A stretch of 64,000 bases of DNA, from contig WRBJ01000005.1 in assembly GCA_009784615.1 (NCBI GenBank), positions 4,775 through 68,774 of the forward strand, written 5' to 3'. Shown piece by piece: positions 53,032-63,307 of the stretch. The position numbers were made by a program, and so were the translations under genes. The notes beneath the pieces were generated by a model that saw only the letters and a program-made list of their open reading frames with translations, had not been told where the DNA came from and did not search any database. Source of the DNA: Defluviitaleaceae bacterium. GTDB lineage: Bacteria > Bacillota > Clostridia > Lachnospirales > WRAX01. Each line of letters opens with the position of its first letter. Within the stretch, counting starts at the first letter, position 1.

Positions 53032-53799
53032 TGCATCATTTAGTATTTCTTTATTCCGCCAAATCCAGTAAAGACTTCGGGTTCGCCAAGCAAAGCCCCA
53101 TAAATTACCTTCAGAGCCAAATGTAAGCGGGTCAGATTGATGGTCGGGTGCAATGGCTTCGTGCGCCGTTTCGCAAATCACAACCTCAATAATTTGTTCG
53201 ATTAATTTGCTACGCTTTGCGGCGGATAATCCATAACCATCAGCAATAATGCGGACTTGCTCTGCTCTTTTTTTCGCAGATGGCAAATTGTGCAACACTT
53301 GCAAATCATCATCTACTAATTGTGGGAAAAGCCAGCAAACACGTGCTAGTTCCACAAAAGGGTCAAGCAACCCTGCGTATTCCCAATCCAACAATGTTTT
53401 CGGTTTGACCCCTTCAGTAATAATATTCCAAGGCGCAATATCACCGTGGCAAACAATACGCTCACCTATGCCAATTTTCCGCAAACCCCACCTTTGCCAG
53501 ATGTCATCACTACACGGCACGAAGTTCCTTGACGAATTATGCAAATCTGCAACAAGCCGTCCGATTTCAAACAACGCATCATCTGACCATTTTTTTGGAT
53601 GGACAATCTCACCTTCAACAAACCTTGATATTTCAAGGTTTTCATCAACAGAAATGATATGCTCTACGGGCAGACCATCTCTTTCCAAATGCCGCAAAAA
53701 TCGCATAACCGACTTCGACCAAGGTTTTGTAGCACGCTCTACAGCATCACCAACACGCCAAACTTCTCTATTTCCAGCTAATAAAATCCTTTCATCCAT
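53023..53799 (-). CDS. APH/ChoK-family phosphotransferase (aminoglycoside-kinase fold)
   Basis: Brenner motif HGDIAPWN and DWEYAG. Its 3' end overlaps the convergent GNAT gene by 9 nt. Confidence 0.75.
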   Translation of the reverse strand: MDERILLAGNREVWRVGDAVERATKPWSKSVMRFLRHLERDGLPVEHIISVDENLEISRFVEGEIVHPKKWSDDALFEIGRLVADLHNSSRNFVPCSDDIWQRWGLRKIGIGERIVCHGDIAPWNIITEGVKPKTLLDWEYAGLLDPFVELARVCWLFPQLVDDDLQVLHNLPSAKKRAEQVRIIADGYGLSAAKRSKLIEQIIEVVICETAHEAIAPDHQSDPLTFGSEGNLWGFAWRTRSLYWIWRNKEILNDALK

Positions 53800-53809
53800 A
53801 ATAATCTCC

Positions 53810-55111
53810 TTAATTTATGCGGTTTTTAAGCCGACCGTTTAAAACCTTCCCAAACCCCAGCGGAAATCCCTCCACGCAGAATAGATTATAACCGTCTTTT
53901 GCATCAATTTCAAAAGTTTCATTGCGCAAAAACCGCTGTATATCGGAATGTTCAAGCGGCAAGTCAATGGCCTGTGCAAAATTATCTTTACGCAAAGCCA
54001 TAGCAAGCGCATAAGATGGCTCAAAACGGTTTTTCTTCAATATTCCAAGCGACAAACCAACACGTATAACCCGCAAACCCGCTATATCAGGGCAATATTG
54101 TGGGGCAATATACAGCCTGTCTTTATGTTGTGAAATAGGCAAGTTTGGCAAAACAACCCCATATTTTTCGCTAAATGCGATAAAATCGGCATTTTTTGAT
54201 ACATCAGAATGTTTGTAATTTGGATTGTCATCGTGGTTTTGACTTTCAATTTCATACCTTTGATTGCGGCGCAAAACCGCCACAAAATGCCCTTCTCCCC
54301 GCTGTAAATGAGGGAAAATCCTCTTAATTTCAATCAGCTTAAAATCAGGATTTTGTTGCAAAAAATCATCAATAATACCTTCGTTTTCTATACGATTGAA
54401 TGTACAAGTAGAATATACGATAAACCCGCCACTTGTAAGCATTTTTGACGCTTCACGCAAAATGCCTTTTTGTATCACGGCTAACCGTGCAGGCTTGCTA
54501 ACATCCCACGCCAAGCGGGCTGTGGGGTCTTTGCGAAACATCCCTTCACCGCTACACGGTGCGTCTACTAAAATCTTATCAAAATAGCCTGTAAAGCGGG
54601 TTGCAAGCCTTTCGGGGGTTTCGCAGGTTATTATGGAATTAGTAATACCTGCCATTTCTATATTCCGCACCAATTGCGGTATACGCCCCATATTTGCGTC
54701 GTTTGACAGCAAAAAGCCCGTACCATCAAGTTTTGCGGCAATTTGTGTAGACTTACCACCGGGCGAAGCGCATAAATCCAGCACTTTATCACCTTTTTGC
54801 ACATTTAGCATTGCGGCGGCAGACATTGCGCTTGGCTCTTGAATATAGTACAAACCCGCATTGTATAAGGGATTTTTGCCTAGTGGAGATGTTGCTTGTT
54901 TATCATAATAAAAACCTGTGTCGCACCAATCAATTTTTTCCAAATTTGGGAAAAATTTTCGTAAAAAGTCTATCTCAACCTTCAGGGTGTTGACACGTAA
55001 ACCATACTCTCTCTTACCATCAAGTGCCTGAAAGAAATCGTCAACTGACCCATAATTGGAACTTGCAAAAAAATCCTTCATACTTTGTGAAAATTCTGAT
55101 GGAAATTTCAT
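53810..55111 (-). CDS. NOL1/NOP2/Sun-family rRNA (cytosine-C5)-methyltransferase (RsmF/RsmB-like)
   Basis: DLCASPGGKS, DAPCSGEGMFRK and YSTCT motifs. Confidence 0.88.
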   Translation of the reverse strand: MKFPSEFSQSMKDFFASSNYGSVDDFFQALDGKREYGLRVNTLKVEIDFLRKFFPNLEKIDWCDTGFYYDKQATSPLGKNPLYNAGLYYIQEPSAMSAAAMLNVQKGDKVLDLCASPGGKSTQIAAKLDGTGFLLSNDANMGRIPQLVRNIEMAGITNSIITCETPERLATRFTGYFDKILVDAPCSGEGMFRKDPTARLAWDVSKPARLAVIQKGILREASKMLTSGGFIVYSTCTFNRIENEGIIDDFLQQNPDFKLIEIKRIFPHLQRGEGHFVAVLRRNQRYEIESQNHDDNPNYKHSDVSKNADFIAFSEKYGVVLPNLPISQHKDRLYIAPQYCPDIAGLRVIRVGLSLGILKKNRFEPSYALAMALRKDNFAQAIDLPLEHSDIQRFLRNETFEIDAKDGYNLFCVEGFPLGFGKVLNGRLKNRIN

Positions 55112-55806
55112 CCAATTTCACCTCGCAAAATTTTCACCTCGGTGTCGGTTAGATGCCGCCAAGCACCTGCCGCTAAATCGCCAAGCTCGACTTTCCCCAT
55201 TGCGACCCGCTTTAGCGACACAATCTCATTGTTCTGCGCTGCAAACATCTTGCGGATTTGACGGTTGCGTCCTTCAAAAAGGCGTATTTTAGCCTGCCGT
55301 CCACTTTTGTCCAAAATCTCTATTTCTGCTGGTCTGGTTTTATAACCGTCAATGTACATTCCATCTTGAAAATCCTTGACATTTTCGGGCTTTATCGGAT
55401 GTGCTACACGTGCTATATAGGTTTTATCCACGTGGTTTCGTGGGTGCATTAGATGATGCGCCAATTCTCCGTCGTTTGTTAGCAAAATTAACCCTGTCGA
55501 GTGAAAATCCAGCCTGCCGACGGGGTATAAGCGGGTATCGGTTTGTACTAAGTCAAGCACGGTTTGTCGTCCGAATTGGTCGGCGGCAGACGATATAACG
55601 CCGGCGGGCTTGCTAAGTATTATATATACAGGCTTTTCGGTGGTTTTAACTGCTACGCCGTCAACCAGCACAATGTCGCTATCTTCGACTTTATCACCAA
55701 TTACAGCGATTTGCCCATTTATGGAAACCCGCCCTGCGGCAATGATTTCTTCGGCTTTTCGGCGGCTTGCAATGCCTGCTTCTGCTAGATATTTTTGTAA
55801 TCTCAT
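55108..55806 (-). CDS. RsuA/RluB-family pseudouridine synthase with an S4 domain
   Basis: S4 N-terminus (RLQKYLAEAGIASRR) and catalytic GRLDFHSTG. Confidence 0.9.
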   Translation of the reverse strand: MRLQKYLAEAGIASRRKAEEIIAAGRVSINGQIAVIGDKVEDSDIVLVDGVAVKTTEKPVYIILSKPAGVISSAADQFGRQTVLDLVQTDTRLYPVGRLDFHSTGLILLTNDGELAHHLMHPRNHVDKTYIARVAHPIKPENVKDFQDGMYIDGYKTRPAEIEILDKSGRQAKIRLFEGRNRQIRKMFAAQNNEIVSLKRVAMGKVELGDLAAGAWRHLTDTEVKILRGEIG

Positions 55807-55895
55807 TTTATGTCAGCTCCAATCACAAGTATTATAACAAGAATGTAGATTTTTTGCAAGTTATGTGCTATAATGTACAAAATGGAGGGATTATT

Positions 55896-56366
55896 GTGGA
55901 ATATATTTACAATTCGCCAATGGGTGAGCTTTTGATTGTTTATGATGATAGTCATATTTTGGGGCTTTATTTTAATAAGTGTCAGACGAAAGAGTATCAA
56001 AAAAATAATATTATTGATGAATGTGTTGGGCAGTTGGATGCTTATTTTGCGGGCAAATTACGGGAGTTTGATTTGCCTCTTAATCCTATTGGTACGGAAT
56101 TTAGGCGTGTTGTTTGGACGGCATTGCAGACTATACCATATGGCGAAACGCTGTCATACGGCGGTTTGGCGGCGAAAATTGGAAAGCCTAGCGCAAGCCG
56201 TGCTGTTGGTGGGGCGAATAATAAAAACCCCATATCTATTATTATTCCGTGTCATCGTGTGATTGGTGCAGATGGCGCAATGGTAGGGTATGGCGGCGGC
56301 TTGGAGAATAAAATTTGGCTTTTAGAACACGAGAAAAGACATTATGATGAAACGAAAATGTCATAA
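55896..56366 (+). CDS. ogt: methylated-DNA--protein-cysteine methyltransferase
   Basis: PCHRV active site and NxxxIIIPCHRVIG context. GGAGGG lies 6 nt upstream of GTG 55896. The track ORF from 55767 is an extension. Confidence 0.9.
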   Translation: MEYIYNSPMGELLIVYDDSHILGLYFNKCQTKEYQKNNIIDECVGQLDAYFAGKLREFDLPLNPIGTEFRRVVWTALQTIPYGETLSYGGLAAKIGKPSASRAVGGANNKNPISIIIPCHRVIGADGAMVGYGGGLENKIWLLEHEKRHYDETKMS

Positions 56367-56374
56367 AGATGAGA

Positions 56375-56403
56375 TTGTTTGTTAGTCGCAGATGTGGTAT
56401 AAT
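56375..56403 (+). promoter_or_regulatory. sigma-A-type promoter (TTGTTT-17 bp-TGgTATAAT)
   Basis: TTGTTT at 56375-56380 and extended -10 TGGTATAAT with TATAAT at 56398-56403. Upstream of the 56430 ORF. Confidence 0.5.
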
Positions 56404-56429
56404 GGGTTATAACTTATGAGGAGGACAAT

Positions 56430-56900
56430 ATGAAGAAAAACAGGAAATTTTTGTATATAGTAGGATTATGCGGGACTATGGTTGTTGGGGCGTTTTTGTC
56501 GCCTTTTGGACTTTCTGGGTCGGCTAATCCTGGAAATGCTTCTGACCCGCTTGTAACGCAAAGCTATGTGCATTTGGCTATACATCAGGCTTTGGCGGGG
56601 ATTGAACAGGGCTCTGCTGCAAGTAATCAAACGCCTATGTTTGCGCCTGTGCAGGTTTTGGCAGGACAAGTTATTTTGGGTGGTGAGGGGGCTGTTTTAA
56701 TTTTGCGCTCGGGCGTTGCTGTGGCTAATGTTCCTGCTACTGATGGGATTGTGAATACCACGTCGGGGGCGGATTTGTTTAACGACCACGTTGTAGAGCT
56801 TAACCATTATTTGATTATACCTAGGGCTGATGGCCGTGGGGTTAGGGCTTTGACGGATACTTGGTTTTTGGTGAAAGGCGAGTATCAAATTACGCAATAA
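56430..56900 (+). CDS. secreted hypothetical protein (156 aa)
   Basis: GAGGAGG RBS and an N-terminal signal/TM segment. No family recognised. Confidence 0.5.
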   Translation: MKKNRKFLYIVGLCGTMVVGAFLSPFGLSGSANPGNASDPLVTQSYVHLAIHQALAGIEQGSAASNQTPMFAPVQVLAGQVILGGEGAVLILRSGVAVANVPATDGIVNTTSGADLFNDHVVELNHYLIIPRADGRGVRALTDTWFLVKGEYQITQ

Positions 56901-56914
56901 TTAGGGGGATTTTT

Positions 56915-59512
56915 ATGAAACGGTTTTTAAGGGGCGGCGTTGCTTTGGTTTTGGCGGCGATGATGATTTCTGCGCCAGTTTTGCAGGCACAGCCGATAAC
57001 TTTTTTTGAGGAAAGACAGGCGACGAGATTATCAAATAATACATATTTAATTGAAACTACAAGAATTACTAATGCAGGTTTGATGGATATAAATGTGTTA
57101 CAAATTCCGCTTGATGACCCTTATTTGCGTGTTGGTGTTTTTAATTCGACACAAGAATTTGGATTGAAGCAATCTGTTACATCGCTTTTGAACCAACATA
57201 ATGCATTTGCGGGGGTTAATGGTGATTTTTTTGGTTTGGCGGGGCGTTTTTCTTCGCCTTTAGGGCTTGAAATTATTGACGGGGAAATATCTGCACAAGA
57301 TGGGGTAAACGCTGCAAATAATGCGTCTGCTAGTTTTTTGATGGGCAATGATGGTGTTTTTATGGAATATGTTCGCCCGCAGATTGATTTTTTGCTTGAC
57401 GGCGAGCGGATTTTTCACGTTGGGCTTGTTAATATGGTGTCTATGCTTGGTTTTCCGTCATTTTTGACGCACGGATATATTGCCAATACCGCTGATATTG
57501 ATAATCGTGTTGGACGGGCTTATAAACTGGTAGTGGAAAATGGTGTGATTACGTCTATTACTGCTGATACTGTGGATGTGCCGCAGAATGGGTTTATTGT
57601 GATAATGGATTCTGACACGTTTTGGAGCAATGGCGATTTATTTTATATTGGGCAACGTGCAGAAATGGAAATAATTAGTAATGTAGATTTGGAGGCTATA
57701 CATACGGCATTGTCTGGCGAACATCGGATTTTGTATGATGGTGAGATTGCTGATATTCCCGCCATGCGGGCTAATGGGCGTATGCCGAGGACGATTTTGG
57801 GGCTTAATGAAGCACAGAATGGGCTTATCTTGATGACTATTGATGGTCGTGGAGATTCTGTTGGGGCGACGTTTTTAGAAGCGGCGCATTTTATGCGGGA
57901 ATTTGGGGCGTATAATGCTATTGCGCTTGATGGTGGCGGCTCTACGACTATGGCGGCAAGGTTACCTGCACAGAATTTGGCGGTGGTTAATACGCCGTCT
58001 GAGGGGTGGCAACGCAATGTTATAAATGCTTTTGGAGTGGCTAATCACGCACCTTTGGGGGAATTAGCAGAATTGCAGATTTTGGGTAATGAGCGGATTG
58101 CGGTTGGCTTGCCTGCTACTTTAAGTTTGGTTGGTTTTGATACATATATGAGTGTTGTGGATTTTCCAATAGAAGCGGTTGAATGGGTGGCTAGTAATGC
58201 CACAATTGCTGATGATTGGCGAATTATTGCACATTCGGCAGGTGATGTTTTGGTTACGGCTAGGATTGGTGAAATTGTTACTGTGGCGAGTTTTGAAGCG
58301 TTGGAGATTGCGGAGATTGTGCCGTCTGTGGCGGAAATTAGAGCGGGGAGTAATGTTGCGCTTACTTTTACTGGAATTGATAATTATGGTCGGTCTGTAC
58401 CGCTTTTGATAGATGATTTGCATTTTCAAGTGCATCCGCCACATTTAGGCGAAATGGTGCAAAATCTCTTTGTTTCTGTAGAAGCTGGTAATGGATGGTT
58501 GGGGATAGCGGCGCATAATGCTAGAAAATACATACCGATTGTAGATGTTTTAACAGAAACTGTGAGTGTTGAATTTGGGTGGGCTAGTTTTGCGGCTTAT
58601 CCTATTAATGTTAGCGGTGGCGTTGGTGTTTATGATAATGGTGTGAGAGAGTTAAACTATGGCTTTGTGCGGGCGGATTTTTCGCAGGCGGCTATGATTG
58701 ATTTTGAGGAGATGTGGCTGAATAATCCATCAAGTATTACGCTGGATGTATATGGAAATAATAGTTATCATTGGTTGCGTGGTGCGTTAGTTGATGAAGA
58801 CGGAAATAGCTTTGTTGTGGACTTTGTAAGGAATGTGGATTTTTATGGCTGGCAGGAGATAACGGTTGATGTGCCAAGCGGTGCTGTTGGGAATTTGCGT
58901 TTGGAGCGGATTTGGGTGGTTTCGCTTGGTGAGGATATTAGTGGGGAATATGTGATGTATTTTAGAAATGTCCGGTATGAGCGGCATTTGGGTGAAAATG
59001 TTACGCTTCCTGCTTCGACGGTTGCTATGGATAGTTTGCGTGTGGATTTTGTGAATGTGCCGAACTTTGGTGGAATTGACGCAGTTTTTGCTGGGCATTA
59101 TGAACCTGTGGAAGAAGTTGCTAATTTGCAAGTGATTTCGCTAAATGCGGCACGTGGCGGGATTGTGGCGAATGATGCTGGGCAATGGGGCTTTTTGGCG
59201 GAAAGTTTGATAAATCCAACTACTGGAAATGTTGTGATACATACGAATTTATCACCGCTTGAATACATTAATCGGCGTGAATTTGAGGTTTTACACGGGC
59301 TTTTGCGTACGCAGGTTGATATGGGGCTAAATGTTTTTGTGGTGTCGCACGGCGGACAAAGTTCTTATGTTCGCTTGATTGATGGTGTACGATATGTGCA
59401 TTTGGCGGCGTTTTATGGTGATGATGGTGAGATTAGTGATAATGCGGCACTTTTGCGGTTGCGGGTTGGTGCAGATGGTTTGCAATATGATGTGGAAAGG
59501 GTTTTGAGTTGA
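56915..59512 (+). CDS. secreted phosphodiester glycosidase (NAGPA/DUF2233) domain protein with a large C-terminal extension
   Basis: Signal peptide MKRFLRGGVALVLAAMMISAPVLQA. GVNGDFF and ALDGGGSTTM motifs of the phosphodiester glycosidase family. Confidence 0.75.
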   Translation: MKRFLRGGVALVLAAMMISAPVLQAQPITFFEERQATRLSNNTYLIETTRITNAGLMDINVLQIPLDDPYLRVGVFNSTQEFGLKQSVTSLLNQHNAFAGVNGDFFGLAGRFSSPLGLEIIDGEISAQDGVNAANNASASFLMGNDGVFMEYVRPQIDFLLDGERIFHVGLVNMVSMLGFPSFLTHGYIANTADIDNRVGRAYKLVVENGVITSITADTVDVPQNGFIVIMDSDTFWSNGDLFYIGQRAEMEIISNVDLEAIHTALSGEHRILYDGEIADIPAMRANGRMPRTILGLNEAQNGLILMTIDGRGDSVGATFLEAAHFMREFGAYNAIALDGGGSTTMAARLPAQNLAVVNTPSEGWQRNVINAFGVANHAPLGELAELQILGNERIAVGLPATLSLVGFDTYMSVVDFPIEAVEWVASNATIADDWRIIAHSAGDVLVTARIGEIVTVASFEALEIAEIVPSVAEIRAGSNVALTFTGIDNYGRSVPLLIDDLHFQVHPPHLGEMVQNLFVSVEAGNGWLGIAAHNARKYIPIVDVLTETVSVEFGWASFAAYPINVSGGVGVYDNGVRELNYGFVRADFSQAAMIDFEEMWLNNPSSITLDVYGNNSYHWLRGALVDEDGNSFVVDFVRNVDFYGWQEITVDVPSGAVGNLRLERIWVVSLGEDISGEYVMYFRNVRYERHLGENVTLPASTVAMDSLRVDFVNVPNFGGIDAVFAGHYEPVEEVANLQVISLNAARGGIVANDAGQWGFLAESLINPTTGNVVIHTNLSPLEYINRREFEVLHGLLRTQVDMGLNVFVVSHGGQSSYVRLIDGVRYVHLAAFYGDDGEISDNAALLRLRVGADGLQYDVERVLS

Positions 59513-61074
59513 TGGAGATTGAAAAATCCCATAATAATGGGGTTAAGACCATATCTGTAGTAATGATTTTGGTATTGTTTGCCAAGGTTAGCGGATTGGT
59601 GCGGGAAATGGTGATTTTGGGAGTTTTGGGGACAGAATCCGCTGAAGCGGCGGCTTTTACATTTGCCGCTGTTATACCTCGACAGTTTTTGGATGCCGCA
59701 TTTGCGGCGGCGATTTCTGCGGGGTTTATTCCCGTTTTTAATAAAATGTTGGAGCGGGGTTCTAGGGAACAATCTTTTGATTTGGCACGCAATTTTATTA
59801 GTTTTGTGATGGTTTTGACAATGGTTGCATCTGTTGTTGGCGTGGTTTTGGCTGGATTTGCGGCTAATTTGTATTTTAATGCCGAAGATTATGAGGCTGC
59901 TGTTTTGGGAGCGCAGTTGCTACGAATTACGATTTTTACTGTGTTTTTGACATCTACGGCTTTTGCATTGACGGGGGTTTTGCAGTCTTTGGGCGGGTTT
60001 TATATACCTGCGGTTATGTCACTAGTGTCCAATGGGTTGATTTTGGCATATGCGGCGTTGTTTTGGCGTAGCGGCGGCGTTTTTGGGCTTGCGGCGGCGT
60101 TTTTGATTGGTAATTTGGCACAAGTGTTAATTTTTATTGTACCGCTTCGCAGGCGTGGATTTAGGTTTAAATGGAGGTTAAGTCTTAAAGATGAGGGGCT
60201 TAGGCAGATTTTACGCTTGACCCCGCTTGTTATGATTTCGTCGTGGTTATTTCCTATCAATGGGTTGATAAACGGGGCGATTGCGGCTAATCAAAATAGG
60301 GCTTATTTGGCGGAACTTAATGCGGCGAATACGATTTTTATTGTGCTTAGTGGGATGTTTATCTTGTCGGTTACTAATGTAATTTTCCCTAAAATGTCCC
60401 GTGAAGCCGCTCGTGGAGCGGATAATGGGGAATTTAGTGCTACCATTAGGCAGTCTGTTGGCGGTACAACCTTCATTTTGTTACCTATGGCGATTGGTAT
60501 TTTTATTTTGCGTACTCCTATTGTGCGCTTGATGTTTGAGAGAGGCGAATTTTCGGCAGAAGCGACGGAAAGAGCGGCTTTTGCTCTTGGAATTTTGGCG
60601 ATTGGGATTGTGGGCTATGGTTTGGTTAGTATTTTGAGCCGTGCTTTTTTTGCGGAGCATAATGGCAAAACACCGGCAATAATTACGATTGTGGCGATTG
60701 GGGTTAATGTGATTGCGGCGTTTTTGTTTGTGGGGTGGCTTGGGATTGGTGGCCCTGCACTTGCGGCGAGTATTTCTATTAATATTGCGGGTTTTGGGAT
60801 GTATTTTGCTATGGCTTGCAAATGTAAAATTTTTGATAGGTCGCAGGCTGTGAATTTTTTAAAGATGGCTTTGGCGGGGGGGATAATGCTTGCTGTAATA
60901 TACTTTGTTCAACTGTATGTTGTAGATATGCACGATATATTTGAGGTTGGGATTATCACCTTTATTGGTGTTTTAGTATATATTTTATTTGCAACATTAT
61001 TTAGGATTGAAGAAGCCGAGGTGGCGAAAACTGCGATTTTGAACCGTTTGAGGAGGAAATCTGCCAATGAGTGA
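59512..61074 (+). CDS. murJ: lipid II flippase MurJ
   Basis: About 520 aa and 14-TM-like, with the MurJ/MviN N-terminal pattern (SRVLG-like SGLVREMV, FAAVIPRQF). The ATG overlaps the upstream TGA. Confidence 0.85.
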   Translation: MEIEKSHNNGVKTISVVMILVLFAKVSGLVREMVILGVLGTESAEAAAFTFAAVIPRQFLDAAFAAAISAGFIPVFNKMLERGSREQSFDLARNFISFVMVLTMVASVVGVVLAGFAANLYFNAEDYEAAVLGAQLLRITIFTVFLTSTAFALTGVLQSLGGFYIPAVMSLVSNGLILAYAALFWRSGGVFGLAAAFLIGNLAQVLIFIVPLRRRGFRFKWRLSLKDEGLRQILRLTPLVMISSWLFPINGLINGAIAANQNRAYLAELNAANTIFIVLSGMFILSVTNVIFPKMSREAARGADNGEFSATIRQSVGGTTFILLPMAIGIFILRTPIVRLMFERGEFSAEATERAAFALGILAIGIVGYGLVSILSRAFFAEHNGKTPAIITIVAIGVNVIAAFLFVGWLGIGGPALAASISINIAGFGMYFAMACKCKIFDRSQAVNFLKMALAGGIMLAVIYFVQLYVVDMHDIFEVGIITFIGVLVYILFATLFRIEEAEVAKTAILNRLRRKSANE

Positions 61075-63307
61075 TTTTAGAGGTACAAAAGTATTAATGG
61101 CTTTGATGGGTATGGAGATTGGCGGTGCAGAAACCCATGTGTTGGAGTTATGCAAAGCCTTGAAAAAACAGGGTTTGGACGTATATGTAATGTCAAATGG
61201 CGGTGTGTACGAAAGTGAGCTTTTGGCGGCGGGTATACAGCATTTTAAAGCTCCGTTACACAACAAAAAGTTGCGGAATTTGGTGGCGTCGTATTTGGGA
61301 TTAAAGCGTGTGATTGTTGACCACGATATTAAGCTGGTTCACGCTCACGCTAGGATTCCTGCGTTTTTGTGCGGATTGTTGCAAAAAAAGTTACATTTTA
61401 CTTTTGTAACCACGGCTCACGCTATGTTTAATAATGCTCATATTTATCGTATACTGACAAATTTTGGTGATGCTTCGATTGCTATTGCGGATGATATTAA
61501 GCAAAATTTGTTGGAAAATTATCGTATGCCGTCCGATAAGGTATTTTTGACAGTTAATGGCATTAATACTGAAACTTTTGGCGACAAAGATGTTGATTGT
61601 AGTGGTGTTTTACGTGAATTTGATTTGGAGACTTATCATAAAAAAATCGTGAATGTTAGTAGGATGGACAAGGATATGTCGCATGCTGCACATAGATTGA
61701 TTGAGATTGCGCCTGAAATGTATCAAAAAAATCCAAATAGTCGCATAATCATTGTTGGTGACGGCAACGATTTTGAGGCAGTTAAGGCAAAAGCGGCGGT
61801 GGCGAATACCACTATTGGTACGCAATATATTGTGGTTACGGGAACGAGGACGGATGTGCCTAAGTTTTTGGCGGCGGCGGATGTTTTTGTGGGTGTTAGC
61901 CGTTCTGCATTAGAGGCTATGGCTTGTGGTAAACCTGTGATTTTGTCGGGCGGGCAGGGACATCAAGGTGTTTTTGAACCTGCTACGCTTGCGGCGGCTG
62001 TAGCGAATAATTTTACTTGTCGTGGGACTGCACCTGTTACAATGGAGGGTTTGAAGCGGGATGTTTTTGCTTTGATGGATGCGTCGGATGACAAGCTGGC
62101 GGAATTAGCAAAGTTTGGGAGAAAAATGGTTGCGGACAATTACTCTATAGAAAAGATGGCGACGGATACTTTGGGGCTTTATACAGCTGTAAGGAAGTGC
62201 CCAAGACCGATAAATGCGCTGGTTTCGGGGTATTATGGCTCTAATAACCACGGTGATGATGCGCTTTTAAGGTCGATTGTAGAGGATTTGCGTGAAATTG
62301 AACCAAAAATTAGGATTACGGCGATTTCTAAACGTCCGAAGGAAACACAAGAGATTTATGAGGTTGACACATTGCATCGCTTTAATTTTGTTAAAATTCG
62401 CAAGGCTTTGAAGCGGACGAACACGCTGATAATGGGTGGTGGTAGCCTTATCCAAGATTTGACATCTACAAGAAGTCTTGCTTACTATACTTTTGTGATG
62501 AATCAGGCGCATAAGCGGCGGGCTAAGATAATGTTATATGCCAATGGTATTGGACCGTTGGTTTCGGAAAAAAGTAAGCGTAGAGCGGTTGCGGCTCTTG
62601 AAAATGTTGAAAATATCACGCTTAGGGATACGCAGTCGCTTATGACTTTGCACGAATTGGGATTAAAAAATGATGCTATTAGTGTTACGGCAGATGCCGC
62701 TTTTGGTTTTAGACAAGCGGATTTTGAGGGCGGACGGGCGTTGTTGGATAAAATTCAGTTGACGGGCAAGAAATATTTTTGTGTGTCTATACGGTCGTGG
62801 CGTACATTGAAGGATGATTTTATTGGAGAAATGTCGGTTTTTTGCGATTTTATGGTGGAAAAATATGGATTACATCCGCTTTTTATTCCTATGCAACCAT
62901 CAAATGATGCCGAGATTTCTACCAAAATTCTTGAAAGAGTTAGACAAAAAGGCTATTTTATTGAGGAAGAATTTTCTATCGAGGAGATTTTGGCGATAAT
63001 TAGCGGCGGCGAGTTTTTGATTGGTATGCGCTTACATTCTATCATATATGGCGCAAATGCGGGTGTGCCGCTTATTGGGTTGGTATATGACCCTAAGGTG
63101 GCGGCGATGATGGATGTGCTGGGTCAGAAGCATTATTTGGATTTGGACGAAATATCTGCTATGATGCTTGTTGGGCTTTGTGAACAGGTTATGAAGCGGC
63201 GTGATGAGATTGTGGCGGAGCTGGCGGACAAAACGGAACAATTGGCACAAGAAGCGGCAAAAAATGCGGTTATTGCGCATAATATTATTGATAGGGATTT
63301 GTTTTAA
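61067..63307 (+). CDS. csaB: fusion protein: N-terminal GT4-family glycosyltransferase plus C-terminal CsaB-type polysaccharide pyruvyl transferase
   Basis: The N-terminal half has the GT4 pattern (GGAETHVLEL...EAMACGKPVI). The C-terminal half has the CsaB pattern (SGYYGSNNHGDDALL...GGGSLIQD...RLHSIIY). Confidence 0.75.
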   Translation: MSDFRGTKVLMALMGMEIGGAETHVLELCKALKKQGLDVYVMSNGGVYESELLAAGIQHFKAPLHNKKLRNLVASYLGLKRVIVDHDIKLVHAHARIPAFLCGLLQKKLHFTFVTTAHAMFNNAHIYRILTNFGDASIAIADDIKQNLLENYRMPSDKVFLTVNGINTETFGDKDVDCSGVLREFDLETYHKKIVNVSRMDKDMSHAAHRLIEIAPEMYQKNPNSRIIIVGDGNDFEAVKAKAAVANTTIGTQYIVVTGTRTDVPKFLAAADVFVGVSRSALEAMACGKPVILSGGQGHQGVFEPATLAAAVANNFTCRGTAPVTMEGLKRDVFALMDASDDKLAELAKFGRKMVADNYSIEKMATDTLGLYTAVRKCPRPINALVSGYYGSNNHGDDALLRSIVEDLREIEPKIRITAISKRPKETQEIYEVDTLHRFNFVKIRKALKRTNTLIMGGGSLIQDLTSTRSLAYYTFVMNQAHKRRAKIMLYANGIGPLVSEKSKRRAVAALENVENITLRDTQSLMTLHELGLKNDAISVTADAAFGFRQADFEGGRALLDKIQLTGKKYFCVSIRSWRTLKDDFIGEMSVFCDFMVEKYGLHPLFIPMQPSNDAEISTKILERVRQKGYFIEEEFSIEEILAIISGGEFLIGMRLHSIIYGANAGVPLIGLVYDPKVAAMMDVLGQKHYLDLDEISAMMLVGLCEQVMKRRDEIVAELADKTEQLAQEAAKNAVIAHNIIDRDLF

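Noticed and set aside
53249-53842. 197-aa plus-strand ORF antisense to the APH-family kinase gene
   Set aside because: The minus strand encodes the HGDIAPWN/DWEYAG kinase motifs. The plus-strand ORF is Ser-rich with no RBS.
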